A stretch of 64,000 nucleotides of DNA from Planctomycetia bacterium. GTDB taxonomy: Bacteria > Planctomycetota > Planctomycetia > Pirellulales > JACPPG01. Position 1 is the stretch's first letter. Each line of letters starts with the position of its first letter. The stretch spans positions 69,062-133,061 of the forward strand of contig JACPPG010000023.1 of NCBI GenBank assembly GCA_016191115.1, read 5' to 3'. The notes under the pieces were generated by a model. The model worked only from the letters and a program-made list of their open reading frames with translations, ran no database searches and was not told where the DNA came from. Both the position numbers and the translations under genes were made by a program. This document shows, one piece after another, positions 47,254-56,845 of the stretch.

Positions 47254-48939
47254 TCATGGCCCCGCGGGGATCATCCACGCCAACAGATACGCTTGCACGA
47301 GCGTCACCAGTCCCACAAGCGCCGCCAGCGCCACGCTGTGCGGGAAGACAAACCGCAGGATCTTTCCCTCGCCGCCCGACTGCTCGGTCGCCACGGCCGC
47401 GACGACGATGCTCTGCGCGTCGATCATCTTGCCCATCACGCCCCCCGTGCTATTGGAACCCACGATCAGCACCGGGGGAAGCTGCAACTGCTCGGCCGTG
47501 ATCCGCTGCAAGCTGCCAAACAGCGCGTTCGAGGACGTGTCGGAGCCCGTCAGCGCCACGCCCAGCCAGCCTAACAGCGGCGCAAAGAACGGGTACAACC
47601 AACCGGTGCGGGTAAAGGCCAGCCCCAGCGTCGCGTCGGCGCCACTGTACTTGGTGACGAATCCCAACGCCAACATGCAGGCGATCGTGAGTAGCGCGAG
47701 TCGCATCCGCCACAACGTGCGGAAGAACTGCCGCACGAACGTGCCTGGCCCAATCCGCAGCCAGGCGGCCGACAGCACGGCGGCAAAAAAAATTCCCGTG
47801 CCCGTGGCCGAAAGCCAGTTCAATTCGTAGACGGCGCGCTCAGCGTCGTCGGCATGTTCCGCTCCTTCCGGAACGTCAACAACCGGCGCGGCGCGGTACA
47901 CGCGGCCGTGCAGCCGAGGGACTTCCCAAGAGATGCTGCTAATGCCGGCCAGGGCGTTGGGCTCTTCGGCCGTGCCGCCATTCAATATGGTTTTGGCCGG
48001 CGGCCAGCCCCATAGAAAAACCATCACCGACAGCAATGCCCAGGGCGCCCAGCCGTAGGCGACCTGGCCGGGTGAAAGGGGCCGTTCATCGGGCGCTTGC
48101 GGCGCGGCGCCGGGAAAGCGCCACACTTCGGCCGGCTGCCAGACGCGCAACAACAGCGCGAGCGCCGCCAGCGATCCCACCCCGCCGATCACGTCCACGA
48201 GCGTCGGCCCATAGAAGTTCGCGACGAGAAATTGCAGCGTGGCGAAGCTGCCCCCGCACACCAGGATCGCCGGCCAGCATTGCCGCACGCCGCGCCAGCC
48301 CGACATCACGGCCACCAGCCAACCCGGCACCACCAGCGAGAACAGCGGCAACTGCCGGCCGGCCATTTGCGATAGCGCCATCTCGTCTAGCCCGGAAATC
48401 TTCGCCAGCGTGATGATGGGCGTGCCCAGCGCGCCGAAGGCCACCGGCGACGTGTTGGCCAACAGGGCGAGCCCCGCGGCATATAGCGGCGTAAAGCCCA
48501 GCCCGATCAATAGGGCCGCCGAGATGGCCACGGGCGTGCCGAAACCGGCCGCGCCTTCGACGAACGTGCCGAACGAGAAGGCGATCAAGAGCGCCTGCAT
48601 ACGCTGGTCGGGCGAGATTCGCGCGACCGAACGCTTCACCACGTCGAACTGACCCGAAAGCACCGTCAGGTGAAACATGAACACCGCGGCCACAACGATC
48701 CAGCCGATCGGCAATAGACCAAAACCGGCGCCATAAACGGCTGACGCCAGCGCGGCGTCGGTCGGCATGCCAAAGGCAAAAACCGCCACCGCCAGCGCCG
48801 CCACCATCCCCACCAGCGCCGCGCGATGGGCGGCGACGCCGGCCACGAGCAGCCCCAGTAAGAGCGTGACCGGCGCAGCGGCCACCAGCGTCGACACCAG
48901 CGGCGAGCCGAACGGATCGTAGGTTTGAACCCAGTCCAT
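47254..48939 (-). CDS. lctP: L-lactate/glycolate permease (LctP family)
   Basis: Trimmed to ATG 48939 (MDWVQTYDPFGS). FSFGTFVEGAAGFGTPVAISAALLIGLGF and TSPVAFGALGTPI are typical LctP motifs. Confidence 0.9.
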   Translation of the reverse strand: MDWVQTYDPFGSPLVSTLVAAAPVTLLLGLLVAGVAAHRAALVGMVAALAVAVFAFGMPTDAALASAVYGAGFGLLPIGWIVVAAVFMFHLTVLSGQFDVVKRSVARISPDQRMQALLIAFSFGTFVEGAAGFGTPVAISAALLIGLGFTPLYAAGLALLANTSPVAFGALGTPIITLAKISGLDEMALSQMAGRQLPLFSLVVPGWLVAVMSGWRGVRQCWPAILVCGGSFATLQFLVANFYGPTLVDVIGGVGSLAALALLLRVWQPAEVWRFPGAAPQAPDERPLSPGQVAYGWAPWALLSVMVFLWGWPPAKTILNGGTAEEPNALAGISSISWEVPRLHGRVYRAAPVVDVPEGAEHADDAERAVYELNWLSATGTGIFFAAVLSAAWLRIGPGTFVRQFFRTLWRMRLALLTIACMLALGFVTKYSGADATLGLAFTRTGWLYPFFAPLLGWLGVALTGSDTSSNALFGSLQRITAEQLQLPPVLIVGSNSTGGVMGKMIDAQSIVVAAVATEQSGGEGKILRFVFPHSVALAALVGLVTLVQAYLLAWMIPAGP

Positions 48940-48972
48940 GCCAGAATCTTGGGTGGCGAAGTCGTCCGGTTT

Positions 48973-48999
48973 GGAGGGCCACGCCTTACGTGGCCCTCC
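48973..48999. repeat. perfect 11-bp-stem hairpin GGAGGGCCACG-CCTTA-CGTGGCCCTCC in the lctP/NO-reductase divergent region
   Basis: Direct reading. A second palindrome, TTTGC-GG-GCAAA, lies at 49031-49042. Confidence 0.7.
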
Positions 49000-49160
49000 A
49001 CGGGATGGCACGGCGCAGTCCCGGCTGCCTTTTGCGGGCAAACTTCTGTATCGTACCAGGGGCCGCCGGCCGTGCGAGCCTGCGAAAAGGGGACGAGTAC
49101 CGGCGTCGCCGCATTCGAGGCACGGAACGCTTCATCCTTTTTGGCGGGAGGATTCGACTG

Positions 49161-51401
49161 ATGGTCCGACTATGGATTGCCTTCGTGCTGGTGACCGTTC
49201 TCTCGTTCGCGGTCCTTGGCTGGGTTGGCACGCGGATCTACCAGGAGGCGCCCCCCTTGGCCGACCGCGTCGTGGCCGACGACGGCACGGTCGTTGTCGA
49301 GTCGGGCGACATCCTCGTCGGGCAAAACGTCTGGCAGTCCATGGGCGGCATGGAGCTGGGATCGATCTGGGGGCACGGCAGCTACGTTGCCCCTGATTGG
49401 ACGGCCGACTGGCTGCATCGCGAATGCGTGTTCATCCTCGACGCCTGGGCGCAGGAGGGCTTGCAGCGCCCCTACGACCGACTCGCCCAAGAGCAGCAGA
49501 TGCAGTTGCAAGGGCGGCTGCAATCGCTGATGCGCGCCAACCGCTACGACCCCGCTACGAACGCCATCACGATCGACCCGCTGCGCGCTCGCGCCTTTGA
49601 AGCAAACGTCCTTCACTACGCCGAGATTTTTTCCCAGGGACACGAAGCCTACGCCATTCCCGAAGGTGCGATGACCGATCCGGAGAAGCTGCGGGCGCTG
49701 GCGGCGTTCTTCTTCTGGACAGCCTGGGCCGCCTCGACCGACCGCCCCGGCGACACGGTCAGCTACACGCAGAACTGGCCGCACGAGCCGCTCGTCGGCA
49801 ACCGGCCGACCGGCGAGACCGTCGTCTGGACCGGCGTCAGCGTGATCATGCTGTTGGCCGGCATCTCCGCGTTCGTGTGGTTCTACGCCTCGCGCGGCTA
49901 TCGACAGGAGGAGGGCGAGCGCGCGGTGAGCGACCCCTTGGTCGGTTGGCAGCCGACGCCGTCGCAGCAGGCGACCGTGAAATACTTCTGGGTTGTCGCC
50001 GCGATGATTCTCGTCCAGATCATGCTGGGCGTCGTCACCGCGCACTACGGCGTGGAAGGGAACGGCTTCTACGGCATCCCACTGGCCAAATGGCTGCCTT
50101 ACAGCGTCGCCCGCACCTGGCACCTGCAGCTTGGCATCCTGTGGATCGCGACGGCTTGGCTGGGGGCGGGGTTATTCATCGGTCCCCTTGTCAGCGGGCG
50201 CGAGCCGGCTGGGCAGCGGCTGGGCGTGAACCTGTTGTTCGTGGCGCTTGTGACGGTGGTGGCCGGTTCGCTCGCCGGCCAATGGCTGAGCATTCACGGC
50301 AAGCTGTCGCTCGCGCAATCGTTTTACCTGGGGCACCAAGGCTACGAGTACGTCGACTTGGGGCGCGTTTGGCAGATCGCGCTCTTCGCGGGCCTCGTGC
50401 TGTGGTTGCTTCTCGTGGTCCGGTCGATCGCGCCGGCTCTGCGCCAGCCGGGCGAACAGAAGCAGCTTCTCGCCCTGTTCTTGGTGTCGACCGCGGCGAT
50501 TGCCCTGTTTTACGCGGCCGGGCTCGCCTGGGGGCGTCACACCAATCTGTCGATCGTCGAGTACTGGCGTTGGTGGGTCGTGCACCTGTGGGTGGAAGGG
50601 TTCTTCGAGGTCTTTGCCACGACCGTCATCGCTTTCTTCTTCTACCGACTGAGCTTCATCCGCGCGAAGCTGGCGGCCGAGGCCACCTTGCTCTCGGCGA
50701 CCATCTACCTGTCGGGCGGGATCATCGGCACGTTGCACCACCTGTATTTCGCCGGCACGCCCACCGTGGCGCTGGCCTGGGGCTCGGTGTTCAGCGCGCT
50801 CGAAGTGGTGCCTTTGGTGCTGGTGGCCTATGCTGCGCTTGAAGACTTGCGGATTGGCCGCGGCCGGGACTGGATCCGCTCGTACCGCTGGCCCATCTAC
50901 TTCTTCGTGGCCGTCGCCTTCTGGAACATGGTCGGCGCCGGTTTGTTTGGCTTCATGATCAATCCGCCGATCGCGCTCTATTTCATGCAGGGCTTGAATA
51001 CCACGCCCGTCCACGGTCACGCGGCATTGTTCGGCGTGTACGGCATGCTGGGGATCGGGCTCATGCTGTTCTGCCTGCGCACGCTGCGGCCCGGCGTTCC
51101 CTGGAAGGAAGGGCTGGTCGCGTTTTCGTTCTGGGCCATGAACATCGGCCTGTTCGCGATGGTGGTCGGCAGCCTGCTGCCGCTCGGATTGATGCAAACG
51201 TGGGCCTCGGTCGACCACGGCTACTGGTTCGCGCGCAGCGCCGAGTTCCTGGAGTCGCCCGGCTTGCGCACGTTGCGGTGGATGCGGATCCCCGGCGACA
51301 CGTTGTTTGCCTTCGGCGCCGTGGCGCTCGTGATTTTTATCCTTGGGCTTAAAACGGGGGCCTCGTTCCGGCGAGTCGGCGCGGATCGCGCCGGGCCATA
51401 A
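49161..51401 (+). CDS. norZ: quinol-dependent nitric oxide reductase, single-subunit NorB/NorZ type
   Basis: GGGAGGA lies before ATG 49161. The N-terminal TM plus periplasmic extension has GHGSYVAPDWTADWLHRE. The haem-copper core has WWVVHLWVEGFFEVFAT and conserved His ligands (HHLYF, HGHAALFG). Confidence 0.88.
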   Translation: MVRLWIAFVLVTVLSFAVLGWVGTRIYQEAPPLADRVVADDGTVVVESGDILVGQNVWQSMGGMELGSIWGHGSYVAPDWTADWLHRECVFILDAWAQEGLQRPYDRLAQEQQMQLQGRLQSLMRANRYDPATNAITIDPLRARAFEANVLHYAEIFSQGHEAYAIPEGAMTDPEKLRALAAFFFWTAWAASTDRPGDTVSYTQNWPHEPLVGNRPTGETVVWTGVSVIMLLAGISAFVWFYASRGYRQEEGERAVSDPLVGWQPTPSQQATVKYFWVVAAMILVQIMLGVVTAHYGVEGNGFYGIPLAKWLPYSVARTWHLQLGILWIATAWLGAGLFIGPLVSGREPAGQRLGVNLLFVALVTVVAGSLAGQWLSIHGKLSLAQSFYLGHQGYEYVDLGRVWQIALFAGLVLWLLLVVRSIAPALRQPGEQKQLLALFLVSTAAIALFYAAGLAWGRHTNLSIVEYWRWWVVHLWVEGFFEVFATTVIAFFFYRLSFIRAKLAAEATLLSATIYLSGGIIGTLHHLYFAGTPTVALAWGSVFSALEVVPLVLVAYAALEDLRIGRGRDWIRSYRWPIYFFVAVAFWNMVGAGLFGFMINPPIALYFMQGLNTTPVHGHAALFGVYGMLGIGLMLFCLRTLRPGVPWKEGLVAFSFWAMNIGLFAMVVGSLLPLGLMQTWASVDHGYWFARSAEFLESPGLRTLRWMRIPGDTLFAFGAVALVIFILGLKTGASFRRVGADRAGP

Positions 51402-51421
51402 CCGCCCAAAGAGGTTCCGCG

Positions 51422-52408
51422 ATGCGCGCGATGGTGCTCGACAAGCCGCATGCCCCGCTCCGCGCGGCGGACGTGCCGACGCCCGCGCCCGCGGCTGATG
51501 AGTTGCTGATCGACGTCCGCGCCTGCGGCGTTTGTCGCACCGACCTGCACGTCGTCGACGGCGAGCTCCCCTTGCCCAAGCTGCCGCTCGTGCCGGGGCA
51601 CGAGATCGTGGGCGTGGTGCGGGCCCTGGGGGCGCGGGTCACGCGCTATGGCGTCGGCCAGCGCGTCGGCGTCCCCTGGCTGGCATGGACCTGCGGCGCA
51701 TGTTCGTACTGTCGCGCGGGGCAAGAGAATCTGTGTGACGCGCCGCGCTTCACCGGCTACACCGTCGACGGCGGATACGCCGAATGCACCGTGGCCAACG
51801 AGCGGTTCGCGTTCGTCATGCCTGAGACGTACTCCGACGTCGAGGCCGCGCCGCTTTTGTGCGCAGGCTTGATCGGCTATCGCTCGCTGCGTCTGGCTGG
51901 TGACGCGCGGCGGTTGGGAATCTACGGTTTCGGCGCCGCCGCGCACATCGTCACGCAGGTCGCGCGCCACGAGGGGCGCGAGGTCTTCGCCTTCACGCGC
52001 CGCGGCGACGCGGAGGGGCAACAGTTTGCCCGCTCGCTGGGCGCCGCCTGGGCCGGCGCCTCGGAGCAATCCCCGCCGACACCGTTGGACGCTGCCATCT
52101 TATACGCGCCCGTCGGTGGCCTTGTGCCGCTCGCCCTTCGCGCGGTGCGCAAAGGGGGCACGGTCGTCTGCGCCGGCATCCATATGAGCGACATCCCGGC
52201 CTTTTCCTATGACCTTCTGTGGGGCGAGCGCATCATTCGTTCGGTAGCAAACTTAACGCGTCAAGACGGCGAGGAATTCCTGGCCCTCGCGCCGCGCATC
52301 CCCATTCGCACCCAAGCCCAGGCCTTCCCTCTGTCACAGGCCAACGAAGCGCTTTCCGCCCTCCGCGCGGGAACCGTACGTGGCGCCGCCGTTTTGGTGT
52401 GCGGCTAA
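51422..52408 (+). CDS. zinc-dependent alcohol dehydrogenase family protein
   Basis: CGVCRTDLH, GHEIVG, the structural zinc motif C..C..C, and a GFGAAAH Rossmann motif are present. It lies 20 nt downstream of the NO reductase gene. Confidence 0.88.
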   Translation: MRAMVLDKPHAPLRAADVPTPAPAADELLIDVRACGVCRTDLHVVDGELPLPKLPLVPGHEIVGVVRALGARVTRYGVGQRVGVPWLAWTCGACSYCRAGQENLCDAPRFTGYTVDGGYAECTVANERFAFVMPETYSDVEAAPLLCAGLIGYRSLRLAGDARRLGIYGFGAAAHIVTQVARHEGREVFAFTRRGDAEGQQFARSLGAAWAGASEQSPPTPLDAAILYAPVGGLVPLALRAVRKGGTVVCAGIHMSDIPAFSYDLLWGERIIRSVANLTRQDGEEFLALAPRIPIRTQAQAFPLSQANEALSALRAGTVRGAAVLVCG

Positions 52409-52653
52409 GCGTGCGGGCACCTGAGCCTGCGTCATCTCGCGCTGAAGTTGCCTCTTCACCCCGCCTTGACTGCGCGCGCCTGAGCATCCCCCCTGCAGGG
52501 CAGCGCCGTAGTTCCAACCGGGTGGAGAAGCGAACAAATCTGAACAAAGTTCGGGAATCTTGCCGCTGGCGCGTCTGATTTGGGGTCGGTTTCGCAATTA
52601 GTGGTTAGGGGGCTGGATGAAATCCCCACTTAATGCGCAACAGGGAGTGACAC

Positions 52654-53226
52654 GTGTACGGACGAGAGCAAGCCACATCATCGGAGATCGAACAATTCAT
52701 GCTCATGTGGATCGAGGCCCCGGAGGAGCGATCCCAGACGTTGATCGGCCCCGCGCGCAGCTTTCGGGCGGCGGGCGTCAGCCTGCGGCAGGAGCCCGAT
52801 GGCCGGCAGATCGCCACCTTTCGTCGCGGCGCCTGGACACACGGCGGCGCCAAGAGTGACTGCCGCCTGCTGTGGACCGAGATGCGCACCATCGTCCGCT
52901 TCGAGGACCCCGCCACTGGAGACAGTATCTCCTGCGGGCCTTTCGACATGGTGGGCGTGGTCGACGGCACGATGCACGTGGATCGCGAGCATAGCCGTCC
53001 GCTCGCGCGACTGGACGAGGACGCCGGCGCTTGGCGGATGTGCGAGGACGAAACGGTCTGGCCCGTGGCCCTTCTGCTGCCGGCGCCGCACATCGCCTTT
53101 CCGGTGGAGCATTGGATGAAGCGGTTTGGCGCAAACGGCCGCGCGGCGACCGGCGCGCCGCCAGCCGACGGTGGTCCAGCCGCCCCCTACAACCCGGACA
53201 TGGCAGCGGGCGCGGGCTCCGGCTAG
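52654..53226 (+). CDS. hypothetical protein
   Basis: The GTG start is preceded by AGGGAG. Codon bias is coding-like. I recognise no family. Confidence 0.5.
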   Translation: MYGREQATSSEIEQFMLMWIEAPEERSQTLIGPARSFRAAGVSLRQEPDGRQIATFRRGAWTHGGAKSDCRLLWTEMRTIVRFEDPATGDSISCGPFDMVGVVDGTMHVDREHSRPLARLDEDAGAWRMCEDETVWPVALLLPAPHIAFPVEHWMKRFGANGRAATGAPPADGGPAAPYNPDMAAGAGSG

Positions 53227-53249
53227 CTAGTGGACCTTTCAGCTTTCTC

Positions 53250-54095
53250 CTACGCCGTCCTGCGCGCCGCCGCTGCCGCCGCGGCCAGACATTCCCGGAT
53301 GTCGGCCAGCGGATCCTCCGGCTTCTCTTCGTACTCGAGTGCCAGGCAGGCGTCCGCCGGGAAGTTGACTTTGCGCAGCGCGCGGAACGTCGCCTCCAGG
53401 TCCAGTTGGCCGCGCCCCAGGATCACGCCCTTGGCGTTTTTCTTTGGTTCGGCGAAGTCCTTCAAGTGGACGCCGTAGAGCCGCCCCTCGAAAAGCGTGA
53501 TCGCCTTGACCGGATCCTCGCCCGAGCGGATGTAGTGTCCCAGGTCGGCGCACGCGCCGATCTTCGGATTGTGTCCTTTGATCGCCTTGAGCACGTCCTC
53601 GATCTTGTCGTAGCGGGCGCCGGGGCCGTGATTGTGTATGGCGATGCGGATGTCGAACTCCTCGACCAGCCGGTCGAGGCTCTCGAAGGCGTCCTCGCGC
53701 GGGTCGGCCGACAGGTTGCGCACGCCCGCCCGCCGCGCGAACGCGAACAGCTTGCGGTTCGCCTCGTGATCCTTGGTGAACGGGTTCACGCCGTGCGACA
53801 GCGTCTTGAGCGAAAGCGACTGCGCCTTCGCCAGCACCGCCTCGATGTCGGCCGGCGAGGCCTGCGGGCTTAGGTGCCCGGTGGCGAACTCGAGCGTCTT
53901 GACGCCCAACTCGCGGCAGTGCTCGAGCGCCTTGTCTACAGGGTAGCCGCGCAGCGAGTACGTCTGCATGCCCATCGTGAAGCCGCCGTAGTCGCCTGTG
54001 TCGGCGGCCGCTCCACGGCGAACGCCGAGAATTGCCGCGCCCGCGCCTGCGGCTGCCAGACCGAGAAATCGTCGTCGCGGGATCGAGCGCGTCAT
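53250..54095 (-). CDS. sugar phosphate isomerase/epimerase (xylose isomerase-like TIM barrel) with Tat signal
   Basis: Trimmed to ATG 54095 (MTRSIPRRRFLGLAAAGAGAAILG). IAIHNHG and ADLGHY are present. The upstream part of ORF 53250..54254 is F1-repeat-derived. Confidence 0.8.
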   Translation of the reverse strand: MTRSIPRRRFLGLAAAGAGAAILGVRRGAAADTGDYGGFTMGMQTYSLRGYPVDKALEHCRELGVKTLEFATGHLSPQASPADIEAVLAKAQSLSLKTLSHGVNPFTKDHEANRKLFAFARRAGVRNLSADPREDAFESLDRLVEEFDIRIAIHNHGPGARYDKIEDVLKAIKGHNPKIGACADLGHYIRSGEDPVKAITLFEGRLYGVHLKDFAEPKKNAKGVILGRGQLDLEATFRALRKVNFPADACLALEYEEKPEDPLADIRECLAAAAAAARRTA

Positions 54096-54185
54096 GGGGA
54101 ACCTCGAGTGGGGTGTTTCAAGGGCCGATGGAGAGTCGAGTGTAAGTGCCGCGCAGAGTGAGGGCAAGCATCGGCGCCGCGGATC

Positions 54186-54338
54186 CAGGGCCGTTCGGTT
54201 TTTCAAAATGGCGAGGCGGGAAAATGGGACTGGCTCCGAGCATAAACAGCGCAAGTCCTTTCAGACCAACGTTGCGTCTCGGTGCCTGTCCCACTTTCCC
54301 GCCGGTGCGCCGCCGTCCAACTTGAATCTGTGAACGGC
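54186..54338 (+). repeat. F1 element, copy D (last few nt of the 3' end missing, fused to half of an F2 element)
   Basis: CAGGGCCGTTCGGTTTTTCAAAATGGCG...CTTGAATCTGTGAACGGC. Confidence 0.9.
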
Positions 54339-54412
54339 AAAGTCCTTCGGAAGAATTGAGAACCGCATGCGCCGAAAAATGAGCCAGACCCCGGACTTTG
54401 CAGTTCTCCTGG
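54339..54412. mobile_element. F2 element, right half only
   Basis: AAAGTCCTTCGGAAGAATTGAGAACCGCATGCGCCGAAAAATGAGCCAGACCCCGGACTTTGCAGTTCTCCTGG aligns to the right half of copy 2. Confidence 0.8.
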
Positions 54413-54801
54413 CTGCGGATCGCCTACAGTGGCGGAAGGACGACCGCGATGCCGCGCCAAAGGCCCGAGTATTCGACATTCTGTTCTTCCATACCTGGTG
54501 GACGTACCGGACCGCGCGATTCCCGGCGCAGGCGGTGCCGTATCACTGGTTCAACCTGTTCGAGGGATCGGCCTGGCTCGTCTTCGCGGCCATGGTCCTC
54601 GTCCGCCACCTGCGGCACCGGCGATCTCGGCTGGAACTCGCCTACGCTTTGGCCTTCTTCATGTTCGGGCTGAGCGACTTCCGCGAGGCGTGGGTCCTCG
54701 AGTCCTGGCTGATCTGGGCCAAGCTGGTGAACTTGGGGATCCTGCTCTGGCTGCGCGCGATCGTCATCCGCCGCTTCTACCCCCAAAGCAAGCTTTTTTG
54801 A
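54367..54801 (+). CDS. small multi-TM membrane protein, hypothetical (start uncertain)
   Basis: The hydrophobic C-terminal ~90 aa are WFNLFEGSAWLVFAAMVLV...LAYALAFFMFGLSDF...LVNLGILLWLRAIVI. The first 15 codons of the ORF lie inside the F2 repeat. An in-frame GTG at 54535 is an alternative start. Confidence 0.45.
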   Translation: MRRKMSQTPDFAVLLAADRLQWRKDDRDAAPKARVFDILFFHTWWTYRTARFPAQAVPYHWFNLFEGSAWLVFAAMVLVRHLRHRRSRLELAYALAFFMFGLSDFREAWVLESWLIWAKLVNLGILLWLRAIVIRRFYPQSKLF

Positions 54802-54951
54802 AGCGCCGCTAGCTGCTGCTGTAAGGCCGCTGCTCGCCCGCGCTCCGTCCCCTCGTCGATTCGATCATCAAAGACGGCAAACTTTGCCGATCTTTCCAAG
54901 TTAGAGACCGCGGAAATCGGGGGCGCCATGCCCGCCTGCATGCGCCTGTTG

Positions 54952-54985
54952 GGTGCCATTCCCACGCTTGCGTGGGCATGCCCGG
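54952..54985. repeat. REP-C unit (..CATTCCCACGCTTGCGTGGGCATGCC..)
   Basis: Its partner copy lies at 56745-56781. The two units bracket the TolC-like gene. Confidence 0.7.
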
Positions 54986-55091
54986 CAGCGCGTCGGCATG
55001 CGGTTGGCGCATGGCCATGACGGCGTACCTCCGTGGCCATGGCGCCCACCATTTAAGGATTGTAGCGCGACGACACCGGCGGCCGCCCAAC

Positions 55092-56621
55092 ATGCGCATT
55101 CGTTTTATTTCAGCGCTCGTGCTCACGGTTGCGGCGCTCGCGGCCGACGCCCGCGGCCAGGTTGCGCAACCCCAGCCCGGCGACTCGGGGACCGTCACCG
55201 GAACGATCCCCGGCGCCCAGGGGAGTAACCAGGGCATCATTGGTGGCCGCGCCGGCGGCATGCGTCTTCGCATCCCCGCCCGGCCCGGCGCGCGAACCCC
55301 GCGCCACCTGGAAGGACTGCCGCCGCCGACCATGCGCGGCGCGGCGCCCAGCCTGGGCAATTTCGCCCTCGACGTGCCGATGGGAGCGGAAGACGAAGGT
55401 CCGCCCGACGGCCTCACGCTCGATCAGGCCATCGACGCGCTCGCCCGCGGCAGCCTTACGCTTCGCGGCCGGTACCTCGACATTCCACAGGCGCGGGCCG
55501 ATGAGCTGACCGCCTCGCTCCGCGCCAATCCGTTCCTGTACGGCGACGGGCAGCTTATCCCCTACCGTCGCTACAGCGCCACCAGCAACCCCGGCGGGCC
55601 GACCCAGTACGATCTCAACGTCACCTACCCGCTCGACCTGTCGGGCAAGCGGAGCGCGCGGATGCAAGTCGCCTGCCAGGCGCGGCGCGTCGTCGAGGCG
55701 CAATACCAGGACGCCGTCCGCGTCGAGCTCGACAACGTGTACACCGCCTACGTCGACGTGCTGGCGGCGCGAGAGACGCTGCGTTTGGCCCGTGCCAGCC
55801 TGCAGGCGGTCGACCAGGTGCTGCGCGCCCATGGCGAGCAGCGCCCCAATCCCACCGAGGAAGAGCGGCTGCAGACCGATCACGTCGAGATCCACCGCAA
55901 CGCGATCGAGGTGGGGCTCATGGACGCCGAGGCCAACCTGACGAGCGCCAAGCGGTCGCTGGCCGCGCTCTTGAACCTGCCGCGCGAAATGGCTCCGACG
56001 ATCGAGCTCCGCGGCACGCTGCGCGATACCGCACCCGTGCCGCCACCGGCCGAGGAGCTGGTCACCACGGCCCTTGCCTCGCGCCCCGACCTGGCCGCCT
56101 TCCGCCTGGGGTTGTGCCGGGCGATGGCCGACGTGCGGCTGGCCCAGGCAAACCGCTATGCGGACGTGTACGTGCTCTACCAGCCATTCACCTATCAAGA
56201 CAACTCGCCTTTCAACTTGCCCAGCTCCCGGTCTTGGGCTTTGGGCACGACGATGACCGTGCCGATCTACGACCGCAATCAGGGCAACATTCGCCGCGCG
56301 AAGTACAACGTGGACCAGACCCGCATCGAGGTCGACGTGATCGAGCGGCGGGTGGCCGGCGAAGTGGAAGAGGCCCGCCAGGAATTCGCGGTCTCCAAGG
56401 CCATGGTCGAGCGAATGGAACAGCACCTGCTGCCGGCCGCGCGACACGTCCGCGATCATACGCTGAAGTTCTCCACCCGGCCCGGCGAGGATATCTATGG
56501 CTACCTGATCGCGCAGCGCGACTATCAAGAGCTGGTCCGGCAATACCGGGACGCCCTGATTCGCCACCGCCGGAGCATGTTGCGGCTCAACACCGTGGTG
56601 GGTATGCGCGTGATGCCATAA
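55092..56621 (+). CDS. TolC-family outer membrane efflux protein
   Basis: Trimmed to ATG 55092 (signal peptide MRIRFISALVLTVAALAADARG). LTLDQAIDALARGSLTL and two repeats of the OEP helical pattern are present. No RND or ABC partner is adjacent. Confidence 0.85.
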   Translation: MRIRFISALVLTVAALAADARGQVAQPQPGDSGTVTGTIPGAQGSNQGIIGGRAGGMRLRIPARPGARTPRHLEGLPPPTMRGAAPSLGNFALDVPMGAEDEGPPDGLTLDQAIDALARGSLTLRGRYLDIPQARADELTASLRANPFLYGDGQLIPYRRYSATSNPGGPTQYDLNVTYPLDLSGKRSARMQVACQARRVVEAQYQDAVRVELDNVYTAYVDVLAARETLRLARASLQAVDQVLRAHGEQRPNPTEEERLQTDHVEIHRNAIEVGLMDAEANLTSAKRSLAALLNLPREMAPTIELRGTLRDTAPVPPPAEELVTTALASRPDLAAFRLGLCRAMADVRLAQANRYADVYVLYQPFTYQDNSPFNLPSSRSWALGTTMTVPIYDRNQGNIRRAKYNVDQTRIEVDVIERRVAGEVEEARQEFAVSKAMVERMEQHLLPAARHVRDHTLKFSTRPGEDIYGYLIAQRDYQELVRQYRDALIRHRRSMLRLNTVVGMRVMP

Positions 56622-56624
56622 CGG

Positions 56625-56660
56625 CTTAGCCGCCGCGGCCACGCGGCGCGCGACCGCCCC
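56625..56660. repeat. REP-B unit
   Basis: CTTAGCCGCCGCGGCCACGCGGCGCGCGACCGCC, starting 4 nt after the TolC-like stop. Confidence 0.75.
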
Positions 56661-56744
56661 AGCCGCTTTAAACATTCACGAACAGGAAAACTGGGGAAAC
56701 TACGCGGCCGCTGCCGATAGGGAATCAAACGAAGGGTGCCATGA

Positions 56745-56781
56745 GGCGCCATGCCCACGCTCGCCGTGGGCATGCTGCGCC
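56745..56781. repeat. REP-C unit with perfect hairpin CATGCCCACG-CTCGC-CGTGGGCATG (56750-56774)
   Basis: Direct reading. Confidence 0.75.
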
Positions 56782-56803
56782 GAGCCGCGCTCAGAGCGTC
56801 CCG

Positions 56804-56845
56804 CTTAGCCGCCACGGCAACGCGGCGCGCGAATCCGCGCACGCG
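56804..56845. repeat. REP-B unit (variant)
   Basis: CTTAGCCGCCACGGCAACGCGGCGCGCGAATCCGCGCACGCGCC. Confidence 0.65.
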
